A stretch of DNA of 34,003 nucleotides from Candidatus Taenaricola geysiri. Lineage in GTDB: Bacteria > Omnitrophota > Gorgyraeia > Taenaricolales > Taenaricolaceae. The notes under the pieces were generated by a model. That model was not told the origin of the DNA. It worked only from the letters and a program-made list of their open reading frames with translations, and searched no databases. Below, piece by piece: positions 1-8,773 of this stretch (position 1 is the first letter of the stretch; each line of letters begins with the position of its first letter). Location of the stretch: the NCBI GenBank assembly GCA_002781985.1, contig PFGP01000123.1:1-34003 (forward strand). Direction: 5' to 3'. The translations under genes and the position numbers were made by a program.

Positions 1-1
1 T

Positions 2-1033
2 GACGCGGTTCTTGAAGAGCTGCCTGCAAGCAGGCCTTTTATATTCATACAGGATTATCATTTTACACTTTTAGCGAAAATGATTAAAGAGAAGCGGCCG
101 GACGTTATTATTGCTTTGTTCTGGCATATACCGTGGCCTAATCCTGAGGTGTTTTCGATATGCCCGTACCAGCATGAGATCTTAGACGGTATGTTAAGCT
201 GCGACCTGGTTGGTTTTCACGTGCAGTTTCACTGCAATAATTTCTTGGATACCGCAAACCGGCTTCTTGAATGCCGCGTTGATACGGAAAAATTCAGCAT
301 AGTGCGCTCAGGCATGGAAACCCATGTCAGGTCTTTTCCTATAAGCGTAGACGTGTCTATGGCAATGTCTATGGTGAAGGCCGCAAGGCCTCAAAAGCAA
401 AGAATTATAGAAGAGTATGATCTTAAGGGTAAAATTATAGCTTTAGGCGTTGAAAGGATAGATTATACAAAAGGCATAATAGAAAGAGTACTTGCTATAG
501 ACAGATTTCTTGAAAAAAATCCGGAATACAAAAACAAGTTTGTATTTATTCAGCTTGTCGCCCCAAGCAGGACGCATATAAAACGCTATCACGACCTGAT
601 AGCCGAGATAGACGAGCTTATTGAAAAGAAAAACTGGAAATATTCCAATGGGGCATGGAAGCCGATAATATATTTAAAAAAGCAGTTTTCTCCTGAGGAA
701 ATAGCCCCGTTTTATGCTTTAGCCGATGTTTGCATTGTAAGCTCGCTGCATGACGGGATGAACCTTGTCGCAAAAGAATTTATAGCCTCAAGGGAGGATT
801 TAGGCGGCTCTTTGATTTTAAGCAGTTTTACAGGCGCATCAAAAGAGCTTACAGACGCCATACAGATAAACCCGTATGCAATAGAAGAATTCGCTGACAG
901 CATAAAACTGGCTGTGGAGATGCCGCAGGCTGAAAAAAGGCGGCGCATGGAAAATATGCGCAGGGTGGTTTCGGAAAACAATGTTTATAAATGGGCAGCG
1001 AGTATAATTACTGATTTAACCGCATTGGGTTGA
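2..1033 (+). CDS. otsA: alpha,alpha-trehalose-phosphate synthase (GT20), 5' end cut by window edge
   Basis: The frame is open from nt 2 (DAVLEELPASRPFIFIQDYHFTLLAK precedes the ATG at 80), so the gene starts upstream of the window. GT20 hallmarks are visible: QDYHF, WHIPWP, GFHVQ, ERIDYTKG, SSLHDGMNLVAKEF. Stop is TGA at 1031-1033. Confidence 0.9.
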   Translation, partial: DAVLEELPASRPFIFIQDYHFTLLAKMIKEKRPDVIIALFWHIPWPNPEVFSICPYQHEILDGMLSCDLVGFHVQFHCNNFLDTANRLLECRVDTEKFSIVRSGMETHVRSFPISVDVSMAMSMVKAARPQKQRIIEEYDLKGKIIALGVERIDYTKGIIERVLAIDRFLEKNPEYKNKFVFIQLVAPSRTHIKRYHDLIAEIDELIEKKNWKYSNGAWKPIIYLKKQFSPEEIAPFYALADVCIVSSLHDGMNLVAKEFIASREDLGGSLILSSFTGASKELTDAIQINPYAIEEFADSIKLAVEMPQAEKRRRMENMRRVVSENNVYKWAASIITDLTALG

Positions 1034-1049
1034 GAAGGAGGCGCTTGAT

Positions 1050-2105
1050 ATGGATATAAGTTTTATTTTTTCTGAAAAAGTTCTGTCAGAAGCCGTGATA
1101 CCTGTGGCTGTATTTATCGGGACGGTTATAATCGGTTATATAGCGAGAAAAATATTATTTTCCAGGGTTTCGCGCTGGGCCAGCCATACAAAAACGCAGA
1201 TAGACGATATAGCGCTGGAGGCGGCAAAGGCGCCGTTTATAATATGGTTTATCATGCTCGGGATATATTTTAGTTTAGCGGTTTCGCATATGCCGGAAAA
1301 CGTAGTTCGTATTGCAGGGAAAATGTTTTTTGTTCTCGGCGCGATTTCAGCAATGATGGTTTTATCAACCGTGATCTCAAAATCCATAAGCGCGTATTCG
1401 AGTAAAATAAATACAGCCCTGCCGGTTACAAGCGTTACCCAGAATATTACGCGGTTGGTAGTTTTCGGCATAGGCATACTTATAATACTTAATAGTTTCG
1501 GAGTGAGCATTACGCCAATACTTGCGACTCTGGGCGTAGGAGGCCTTGCTGTTGCGCTGGCCTTGCAGGACACATTATCAAACCTGTTCGCGGGGTTTCA
1601 TATAACAGTCGCCAGGCAGGTGAGAATAGGCGACTATATCAAGCTTGAGTCAGGAGAGGAAGGGTATGTTATAGATATAAATTGGCGCACTACAAAGATA
1701 AGGATGCTTCCTAATAATGTTGTCTTGGTGCCAAACGATAAATTGGCTAAAGTGATAATAACAAATTATTATCTTCCGGAAAAAGAAATGGCTGTTTTGA
1801 TAAATGTAGGCGTGCATTACAACAGCGACCTTAAGAAAGTCGAAAAAGTAACATGTGAAGTGGCAAAAGAGGTTATGAAAGAAGTGCTCGGAGGCGTTCC
1901 GGGATTTGACCCCTTTATAAGGTATCACACATTCGGGGATTTCAGCATAAATTTTACAGTGATACTGCGCGCGAAAGAATTTGTGGACCAGTATCTTGTT
2001 AAACACGAATTTGTAAAGCGCCTGCATGAGCGCTACGCCAAAGAAGGCATTAATATACCGTATCCTATAAGGGCTATAAACTACGATCAGGAAAAAGCGG
2101 GATAA
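1050..2105 (+). CDS. MscS-family mechanosensitive ion channel
   Basis: N-terminal hydrophobic helices are followed by the MscS pore-helix signature LATLGVGGLAVALALQDTLSNLFAG. A beta-domain pattern follows (GDYIKLESGEEGYVIDINWRTTKI). A GAAGGAGG RBS lies upstream. Confidence 0.85.
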   Translation: MDISFIFSEKVLSEAVIPVAVFIGTVIIGYIARKILFSRVSRWASHTKTQIDDIALEAAKAPFIIWFIMLGIYFSLAVSHMPENVVRIAGKMFFVLGAISAMMVLSTVISKSISAYSSKINTALPVTSVTQNITRLVVFGIGILIILNSFGVSITPILATLGVGGLAVALALQDTLSNLFAGFHITVARQVRIGDYIKLESGEEGYVIDINWRTTKIRMLPNNVVLVPNDKLAKVIITNYYLPEKEMAVLINVGVHYNSDLKKVEKVTCEVAKEVMKEVLGGVPGFDPFIRYHTFGDFSINFTVILRAKEFVDQYLVKHEFVKRLHERYAKEGINIPYPIRAINYDQEKAG

Positions 2106-2106
2106 T

Positions 2107-2874
2107 ATGAAACATGTTTTTAAAAGCTGGCCTGGTATAGCAAAGGCGCTATGTTTGAGCAGTATAATATTGTTTCTTGATTGTGACGGCACTTTAGCGC
2201 CGATAGCGCCGGCTCCTGATAAGGCCAGAGTTCCTTCAAAGACAAAACATATACTTAAACAGATTGCCGGCATAAAAAGCGTTAAGATAGCTGTTATAAG
2301 CGGCAGGTCTTTAAAAAGTGTAAAACGCCTGGTTGGTGTGCCGGGCATAATATATAGCGGCAACCATGGTTTCCAGATAGAAGGCCCAAAGATAAAACAT
2401 AGCCCCAATCTTTTAAAATACGCGCATGCCGTAAAAGAAATAAAACGCGCCCTTATCAGAAGATTAAAAGGCATAAAAGGGGTGTTGATAGAGGATAAAG
2501 GTATTACCTTGTCCGTTCATTACAGGCGCGCGCCTGCCTCGAGGCAGCGTTTGGTAAAGACTATTTTTCATGAAATCGTTAATTCTCATCCTGAGAAAAA
2601 TAAAATTATGGTAAAACCCGGCAAAAAGGTTTTTGAAGTAAGGCCCGCGCTTGACTGGAACAAGGGCAGCGTTGTCCTGCGGCTTTGCGGAAAAAACTTG
2701 CCAATTTATATAGGAGATGATATAACAGACGAAGATGCCTTCAGGGTTTTAAAGAATAAAGGCATTACGGTGTTTGTAGGCTCATCCCGCCGTTCGCTTG
2801 CCCAATATTATCTTAAAAACACACAAGAGGTTTACGGGTTTTTAAAAAGGATTTATAGTTTAAAGAGAGGTTAA
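2107..2874 (+). CDS. otsB: trehalose-6-phosphate phosphatase (HAD superfamily)
   Basis: HAD motif I is present (LFLDCDGTLAPI), as is the late motif IGDDITDEDAF. Size is about 255 aa. The gene starts 1 nt after the mscS stop. Confidence 0.85.
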   Translation: MKHVFKSWPGIAKALCLSSIILFLDCDGTLAPIAPAPDKARVPSKTKHILKQIAGIKSVKIAVISGRSLKSVKRLVGVPGIIYSGNHGFQIEGPKIKHSPNLLKYAHAVKEIKRALIRRLKGIKGVLIEDKGITLSVHYRRAPASRQRLVKTIFHEIVNSHPEKNKIMVKPGKKVFEVRPALDWNKGSVVLRLCGKNLPIYIGDDITDEDAFRVLKNKGITVFVGSSRRSLAQYYLKNTQEVYGFLKRIYSLKRG

Positions 2875-2877
2875 AGC

Positions 2878-3543
2878 ATGCCGGAATTAATAAAAGCCAA
2901 AGAGCCTTTCAGGTTTTATACGCGCCTGCACCTGTCAGAGCTTACCGGTTTTAAGGCAACGACGCTTGAAGAATTGCTTGATTTAATGAAAGAGGTGCCC
3001 GGTTCATGTATATATCATCACACGCACAGGTTTCTGCAACAGCATCAGTATCTTTCGCCTGAGCCGCCCAATGATTTTGCTTATTGGGTAAATAGCGCCC
3101 TTGGAGAAGATGAGCTTGCGGAAAGATTGGCCAGCATAGATACAGTGCAGTTTTCCACTATACGCGGTTTGCGCGAGGAGATGATAGCGAAAATAGAGCA
3201 GTATATTAAAGCCAACCCAAAGTCAAAACGTAAGTTCGCAGAGGAAGCCCAGGAATTTCACTTTATCAAATCAGTAAGCTTTATACTTCCCACCAAATAT
3301 GTGGTAAATGATCTCAAGGAATTCATAGATGTGCTTGCGAAGATAACAATGGATTCCGTGTATTTTCATATCTTTGAAGCGCGGCTGCGGCTTGAAAAAA
3401 AGACAAACGATTTTTCTTACTGGATAGAAACATCAATAGGAAATAAAAAACTCGCGGATAAAATAGCAAACCTGGATCCTTACACGCACACGTTGGAGGA
3501 TTTAAGGGACACATTAATTAAGATCATAGAAAAGAGCGTATAA
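2878..3543 (+). CDS. hypothetical protein made of two homologous ~95-aa halves (possibly DUF5752-like, from memory)
   Basis: Intact 221-aa ORF, tightly packed between otsB and the TreT-like gene. The two halves align to each other (..LEELLDLMKEV..SCIYHHTH..NDFAYWV.. versus ..LKEFIDVLAKI..SVYFHIFE..NDFSYWI..). No catalytic motif recognised. Confidence 0.7.
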   Translation: MPELIKAKEPFRFYTRLHLSELTGFKATTLEELLDLMKEVPGSCIYHHTHRFLQQHQYLSPEPPNDFAYWVNSALGEDELAERLASIDTVQFSTIRGLREEMIAKIEQYIKANPKSKRKFAEEAQEFHFIKSVSFILPTKYVVNDLKEFIDVLAKITMDSVYFHIFEARLRLEKKTNDFSYWIETSIGNKKLADKIANLDPYTHTLEDLRDTLIKIIEKSV

Positions 3544-3545
3544 TC

Positions 3546-4757
3546 ATGGAACGGTTGGGCGAATATATACCCATAGTAGGGCAGTCGATAATAGACGACC
3601 TTAAGCTTTTGGCAGAGCGTTTAAAAGGCAAGGTTATACAGCAGGTCAATTCCACTTCTGTCGGAGGCGGGGTTGCCGAGATTTTAAACAGGATGATCCC
3701 TCTTTTAAAGGAGCTTGGCGTTGACAGCCGCTGGGACTTTATAAAAGGAGGGGCGCAGTTTTTTGACGTTACCAAAAAATTTCATAACGCCCTTCACGGA
3801 AAAAAAGAGGATATTACAAAGCATGATTTTGAGATTTTTGAAGATACAAGCAGAAAGAATATAGAGGAACTTGATACATACGGCGATATTGTTTTTATAC
3901 ACGATCCGCAGCCTGTAGCCCTGGTAAAAAAGAAAAAGGGCAACAAATGGGTTTGGCGCTGCCATATAGATGTTTCAAGGCCGAATAAAGATGTCTGGAA
4001 TTTTTTAAAAGGGTATATAAAAAATTACGATTCAGCCGTATTTTCGGCTCCGAGCTTTTGCCAGAAAATGCCGATAAGGCAGTTTCTTATATCTCCGTCG
4101 ATAGACCCTTTAAGCGATAAAAACCGGGAGCTGCCCCAGCAGGAGATTGACGCCGTATTAAGAAAGTACGAAATAGAGGCGGACAAGCCGATAATTACCC
4201 AGATATCGCGTTTTGACCGGCTTAAAGACCCTGTGGGCGTTATAGACGCGTATCTGCAGGTAAAAAAATATATAGATTGCCAGCTTATTTTAGCCGGAGG
4301 CACTGCTGTTGATGACCCTGAAGGCGCCGAGGTTTTAGCCGAGGTCAGGGAAAAAGCCAAAAAAGACAAGGATATACATATCCTGCTCCTGCCGCAGAAC
4401 GATTTAGAGGTTAATGCCTTGCAGCGCGCTTCCACTATTATAATGCAGAAGTCGTCAAGGGAGGGTTTTGGCCTGACTGTTTCAGAGGCGTTGTGGAAGA
4501 CAAAGCCGGTAGTCGCCACTGACACAGGCGGTATACCGCTTCAGATAAAGCACAAGTATTCAGGGCTTTTATGCCATTCTATAGAAGGAGCCGCGTTTGC
4601 GATAAAGCAGCTTCTAAACAGCCCGGGCTACGCAAAGAAACTGGCTGAAAACGGCAGAGAACATGTGAGAAATAATTTTCTTATAACCCGCCATATACGA
4701 GATTATATGCTTTTATTCCTTTCCTTATATCACCCGGAAGATGTTGTAAGCCTGTAA
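3546..4757 (+). CDS. treT: GT4 glycosyltransferase, TreT-type trehalose synthase-like
   Basis: Colinear resemblance (recalled, not searched) to archaeal/Thermotogae TreT. Shared motifs: VNSTSVGGGVAEIL, HDPQP, WRCHIDVS, SPSIDPLSDKN, IITQISRFDRLKDP, DDPEG, QRAS..MQKSSREGFGLTVSEALWKTKPV, NFLITRH. Confidence 0.75.
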   Translation: MERLGEYIPIVGQSIIDDLKLLAERLKGKVIQQVNSTSVGGGVAEILNRMIPLLKELGVDSRWDFIKGGAQFFDVTKKFHNALHGKKEDITKHDFEIFEDTSRKNIEELDTYGDIVFIHDPQPVALVKKKKGNKWVWRCHIDVSRPNKDVWNFLKGYIKNYDSAVFSAPSFCQKMPIRQFLISPSIDPLSDKNRELPQQEIDAVLRKYEIEADKPIITQISRFDRLKDPVGVIDAYLQVKKYIDCQLILAGGTAVDDPEGAEVLAEVREKAKKDKDIHILLLPQNDLEVNALQRASTIIMQKSSREGFGLTVSEALWKTKPVVATDTGGIPLQIKHKYSGLLCHSIEGAAFAIKQLLNSPGYAKKLAENGREHVRNNFLITRHIRDYMLLFLSLYHPEDVVSL

Positions 4758-4763
4758 TTTATA

Positions 4764-5819
4764 ATGAAAAGCAAAGTATATTTTATAAGCGTAAAAAATT
4801 CTGATACCACTCAGGCGATAACAGAAAAATTCATCCGGCTCATCGCTGAAAGCGCCATCCTTGATTTTATAAAACCCAATGATAAGGTTGCAGTCAAGCT
4901 GCATTTCGGCGAAGAAGGCAATACCGGTTTTGTAAAGCCCGAATACCTTAAAGTTATTACAAGCGCCATAACGCGGCATGCCGCATCGCCAGTGCTTGCA
5001 GACACAAATACTCTGTATCGCGGAAGAAGGATGGCGTCCGAAGGCCATAAAAAGATTGCTTATGAGCACGGTTTTACTCCGGAAGTTTGCGGCGCGCCTG
5101 TTGTTATAGCCGAAGGAAATATCGAGGTGCCTGTGGCAGGAAAGTTTATTGCCAAGGCAAAGGTGGCGCCTTTATTTATTGAATCCGACGCATTGGTTGT
5201 TGTCAGCCATTTTAAAGGCCATATAATGGCAGGTTTTGGCGGCGCCTTAAAAAATGTAGGTATGGGTTGCGCATCCAGGCAGGGCAAGCTCGCCCAGCAT
5301 TCTGATGTTGCGCCGCTGGTGAGAGTTAAAAACTGCACCGGTTGCGGTGAATGCGAAAAGGTATGCCTGGCGGATGCCATAAGTATAATAAACAATAAAT
5401 CGCAGATAGATTCCAAAAAATGCATAGGCTGCTCAAGCTGTATAGCAGCCTGTCCTCACAACGCTATTGATGTGCATTGGGAGTCGGGCGCGGGCAATAT
5501 TCAGGAGAAGATGATAGAGCATGCCAAGGCAGTGCTGGATACAAAAAAACACAAGGCGGCATTTTTTAATTTTGCGATAAAAATTACAAAAGAATGTGAT
5601 TGCCTGGCAAAGGATGACCCCAGAATTTCGCCTGATGTCGGTATATTTGCCTCATCGGATCCGGTCAGCATAGACAAGGCGTGTTTTGATATGGTAAATG
5701 TTGCCTGCGGCATGGATGTATTCAAACAGGTGTGGCCTGAGAGGGACGCTTTAAAGCAGTTAAGGTATGCCCGGGTAATTGGTATTGGCAATTTAGATTA
5801 TGAATTGATAAAATTGTAA
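4764..5819 (+). CDS. DUF362-domain Fe-S protein with embedded 2x[4Fe-4S] ferredoxin motif (COG2768-like)
   Basis: Motifs VAVKLHFGEEGN, DTNTLY and SHFKGH..GFGGALKN..MG are present. Two CxxCxxCxxxCP motifs are visible (CTGCGECEKVC, CIGCSSCIAACP). Confidence 0.8.
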   Translation: MKSKVYFISVKNSDTTQAITEKFIRLIAESAILDFIKPNDKVAVKLHFGEEGNTGFVKPEYLKVITSAITRHAASPVLADTNTLYRGRRMASEGHKKIAYEHGFTPEVCGAPVVIAEGNIEVPVAGKFIAKAKVAPLFIESDALVVVSHFKGHIMAGFGGALKNVGMGCASRQGKLAQHSDVAPLVRVKNCTGCGECEKVCLADAISIINNKSQIDSKKCIGCSSCIAACPHNAIDVHWESGAGNIQEKMIEHAKAVLDTKKHKAAFFNFAIKITKECDCLAKDDPRISPDVGIFASSDPVSIDKACFDMVNVACGMDVFKQVWPERDALKQLRYARVIGIGNLDYELIKL

Positions 5820-5833
5820 CCGTATGATATAAT
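5805..5833 (+). promoter_or_regulatory. sigma70-type promoter with extended -10 (TTGATA-17 nt-TGaTATAAT) inside the 3' end of the DUF362 gene
   Basis: TTGATA at 5805-5810, 17-nt spacer, TG at 5825-5826, TATAAT at 5828-5833. A GGAGG SD lies at 5841-5845 and the ATG at 5851. Confidence 0.5.
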
Positions 5834-5850
5834 TCCAGCCGGAGGATAGC

Positions 5851-6369
5851 ATGACTATAAAAGAAGCTTTGGATACATCTTTTGATATGGAGAAGCAGGG
5901 ATATGATTTTTATATCAAGGCGTCAAATAAGGCCAAAAGCGCGGCAGCTAAAAAGATATTTCAGGCGCTGGCAGAAGATGAAAACAGGCATATAGACGCC
6001 ATTAAAAAATATTCTGAAAATTTGGCCGGGGATTTGGCTATGCCTAAATTGTCTATTGCCATGCCGGAGCATGCGGATATAAACAAAAGGCTTCTTTTTG
6101 GCAAAGGCCCTAAAGAGGCGCTTAAAGGTATCTCAGCTGACAGTGGCCAGCTTAAGGCTTACGAGATAGCCATGGATTTGGAGACAAGAGGGTATAATTT
6201 TTATGAGAAGGCGGCAAATTCAATAGAAGATAAAAACATTAAGGAGCTGTATAAATTTCTGATAAAGGAAGAGAAGGCGCATTATAGTATAATAGCGTCT
6301 ACCTATGATTATCTTAAGGCGCCGCAGGATTTGTTTTTTAAGGAAGAAAAATCAATAATGGAGGGTTAG
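5851..6369 (+). CDS. ferritin-like / rubrerythrin-like di-iron four-helix-bundle protein
   Basis: Two repeated halves each carry E...ExxH ligand patterns (MEKQG..EDENRH and LETRG..EEKAH). Size is 172 aa and the gene has a strong SD. Confidence 0.7.
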   Translation: MTIKEALDTSFDMEKQGYDFYIKASNKAKSAAAKKIFQALAEDENRHIDAIKKYSENLAGDLAMPKLSIAMPEHADINKRLLFGKGPKEALKGISADSGQLKAYEIAMDLETRGYNFYEKAANSIEDKNIKELYKFLIKEEKAHYSIIASTYDYLKAPQDLFFKEEKSIMEG

Positions 6370-6372
6370 ATC

Positions 6373-7392
6373 ATGGCTTTGATACCGATGAGAATGATTT
6401 TACAGGCAAGTTTGGATGCTTACAAGACAGGCAAGCCTTATGCTATAGGCGCCTATAACGTAAATAACATGGAACAGATACAGGGCATAATGATGGCTGC
6501 CAACAAAACGCAGTCGCCTGTTATTATACAGGCAAGCCGCGGAGCGTTGAAATACGCGGACATGGATTATTTAAAACATCTTATGCTGGCGGCCGCTGAG
6601 CTTAATCCGGGCATACCAATAGCCATGCATTTAGACCACGGCAACAGCCTTGACACTGTAAAAAAAGCGATAGCCCTTGGTTTTACTTCTGTTATGATAG
6701 ACGGCTCCCTGATAGAAGACGGCAAGACAGCCTCAGACTACGAATATAATGTGAAAGTGACAAAGGCCGTTGTTGATTACGCGCATAAGTTTGGGGTTAC
6801 GGTTGAAGGCGAACTGGGGACGCTTGGCGGCATAGAAGACGGAGTTGGTTCAGGCAAGATTCACCTGACAGACCCCAATCAGGCAGTGAAGTTCGTAAAA
6901 GAAACAGGCGTTGATGCGCTTGCTATAGCAATAGGCACGTCGCACGGCGCTTATAAATTTAAGGAAGAACCGAAAATCGCTTTTGATATAATAGAAAAAA
7001 TCCGCAAAACGATACCGGATGTATTTCTGGTTTCACACGGCTCTTCAAGCGTGCCGCACGAGTTGATAGACCTTATCAATAAATACGGCGGCAATATGCA
7101 GAAGACTATGGGCGTGCCTGTTGAAAGCCTGCAAAAAGCTATAAAGCTCGGGATTAATAAAATCAACGTTGATACCGACGGCAGGCTTGCCGTTACAGCG
7201 GCAATAAGGAAGGTTTTTGTTGACAGCCCTGATAAATTTGATCCAAGGGATTACCTTAAGCCTGCCAGGGAGGCCCTGTCAAATATTATTGCCCAGAGGA
7301 TGACGGCTTTCGGCACAGCGGGGCATATAAAAGATGTCAAGACAGCTACTCTTAAAGATATGATAAAACTTTATGAAAACAGCCCAGCGTAA
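6373..7392 (+). CDS. fba: class II fructose-1,6-bisphosphate aldolase
   Basis: Motifs seen: MHLDHG, VEGELGTLGGIEDG, AIAIGTSHGAYKF, VSHGSSSVP, INVDTD. Confidence 0.9.
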   Translation: MALIPMRMILQASLDAYKTGKPYAIGAYNVNNMEQIQGIMMAANKTQSPVIIQASRGALKYADMDYLKHLMLAAAELNPGIPIAMHLDHGNSLDTVKKAIALGFTSVMIDGSLIEDGKTASDYEYNVKVTKAVVDYAHKFGVTVEGELGTLGGIEDGVGSGKIHLTDPNQAVKFVKETGVDALAIAIGTSHGAYKFKEEPKIAFDIIEKIRKTIPDVFLVSHGSSSVPHELIDLINKYGGNMQKTMGVPVESLQKAIKLGINKINVDTDGRLAVTAAIRKVFVDSPDKFDPRDYLKPAREALSNIIAQRMTAFGTAGHIKDVKTATLKDMIKLYENSPA

Positions 7393-8773
7393 AAATCCTG
7401 ACATATTCGCGCTGTTTCTTCCTGAAATCAGGAGCCTACTGGCAGCCAAGGATTTTACAGGCTTAAAACAGGTGCTTAAAAATATTCGTTCTGTTGATAT
7501 TGCCTATGGATGGAGGCATCTTGAATCGCAGGATAAAATTTTTATTTTTAAGCTTTTCTCCGCCAAAAGGGCCGTGGAGGTTTTTGAAAGCCTGAATCTT
7601 AGCGAGCAGGAATATATACTGAACAACCTTGAAAATGCCGATGTCTCGCAGATTATAAACGAAATGGCGCCTGATGAAAGGGCAGACCTTTTTAAGGACC
7701 TGCCGCAGAAGGTTTCAAAAAAGCTGTTTAAATTTGTAAACAAGACAGAAGAACAGAATTTAAGGCAGCTTTTAAATTATGAAGAGGGCACAGCCGGCAG
7801 CTTGATGACAACAGACCTTGTTGAAATTAAAAAGGATATGTCGGCAAGGCAGGCGATAATTAGCCTTCAGGAGAACCTTCGCTCTGACTTTAACGAAAAC
7901 GTTTATTCTGTATTTGTGACGGATGAAAACCACAAGCTTCTGGGAAGTATTTCCCTGCAGGACCTTATAAAGGCCCCGCCTGATATATTGATCAAGGATG
8001 TAATGGTGAGCGTGGAACTTGTAAAAATAGATCCGAATACTCCGCAGGAAGAGGTTTCCACGACATTTAAAAAATATGACCTTTTTGACGCGCCGATCGT
8101 AAATAAGGATAATCTGCTCGTAGGTATAATTACGGTTGACGATATAATCGAGACAATAGAAAAACGCAGCACCAGGGATTTGTATGAAATAGGAAAAATG
8201 GATGCCAGAGGCGGCGAGATTATAAGCTATGCCACGGCAACCATGTTTGACCTTGTCAAGCGCCGCGCCGGATGGCTGATTTTGCTTCTTGTATTTGATT
8301 TTTTAACAGGCACTGTGCTTAAGAGCTTTCAAAATGTGTTAAGTTCCGTGGTGGCGCTGGCGTTTTTTATACCGATGCTTCTTGATACCGGAGGTAACGC
8401 GGGCGCTCAGGCGTCTATAACGATTATAAGAGGCCTTGCTACAGGAGATGTCAATTTCAAGAACGTACTTAAAGTTATAAAGCTTGAATTTGCGGCAGCG
8501 CTTTTGATGGGTGTAATTGTAGGTATTGTTGCCTTTGCAAGGGCGCTCTTGTTACAAAAAGATTTCTTTATTGCCGGCGTAGTAGGCATAAGCATGCTTT
8601 TTATCGCGATACTTGCTATAGCTACCGGCATTTTCCTGCCGCTTGCGTCAAAAAAGGTCGGGCTTGACCCTGCTGTGCTGGCAGGCCCGATTACCACCAG
8701 CATAGTCGATGTCGTGGGCCTTATAATATATTTTAAGATAGCCCAGCTTTTTATCCCAGCCCTTCAGTATTAA
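7373..8773 (+). CDS. mgtE: magnesium transporter MgtE
   Basis: The N-domain (ADLF..LP) is followed by a tandem CBS region. The membrane domain carries PMLLDTGGNAGAQAS. The gene overlaps the fba end by 20 nt. Confidence 0.9.
   Translation: MKTAQRKNPDIFALFLPEIRSLLAAKDFTGLKQVLKNIRSVDIAYGWRHLESQDKIFIFKLFSAKRAVEVFESLNLSEQEYILNNLENADVSQIINEMAPDERADLFKDLPQKVSKKLFKFVNKTEEQNLRQLLNYEEGTAGSLMTTDLVEIKKDMSARQAIISLQENLRSDFNENVYSVFVTDENHKLLGSISLQDLIKAPPDILIKDVMVSVELVKIDPNTPQEEVSTTFKKYDLFDAPIVNKDNLLVGIITVDDIIETIEKRSTRDLYEIGKMDARGGEIISYATATMFDLVKRRAGWLILLLVFDFLTGTVLKSFQNVLSSVVALAFFIPMLLDTGGNAGAQASITIIRGLATGDVNFKNVLKVIKLEFAAALLMGVIVGIVAFARALLLQKDFFIAGVVGISMLFIAILAIATGIFLPLASKKVGLDPAVLAGPITTSIVDVVGLIIYFKIAQLFIPALQY

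Noticed and set aside
1136-2474. Long antisense ORFs in the track (1136-1573, 1650-2474). Similar ones occur elsewhere, e.g. 4025-4525, 28382-28897 and 32393-33001.
   Set aside because: Each lies entirely inside a motif-supported CDS on the opposite strand and has odd, low-complexity composition with no recognisable motif. These are typical shadow ORFs.
8770-8773. Convergent mgtE and the YkgJ-DUF2156 gene overlap at their stop codons (TTAA), with no terminator between them.
   Set aside because: This is a trivial consequence of compact gene packing. No structure or repeat is associated with it.
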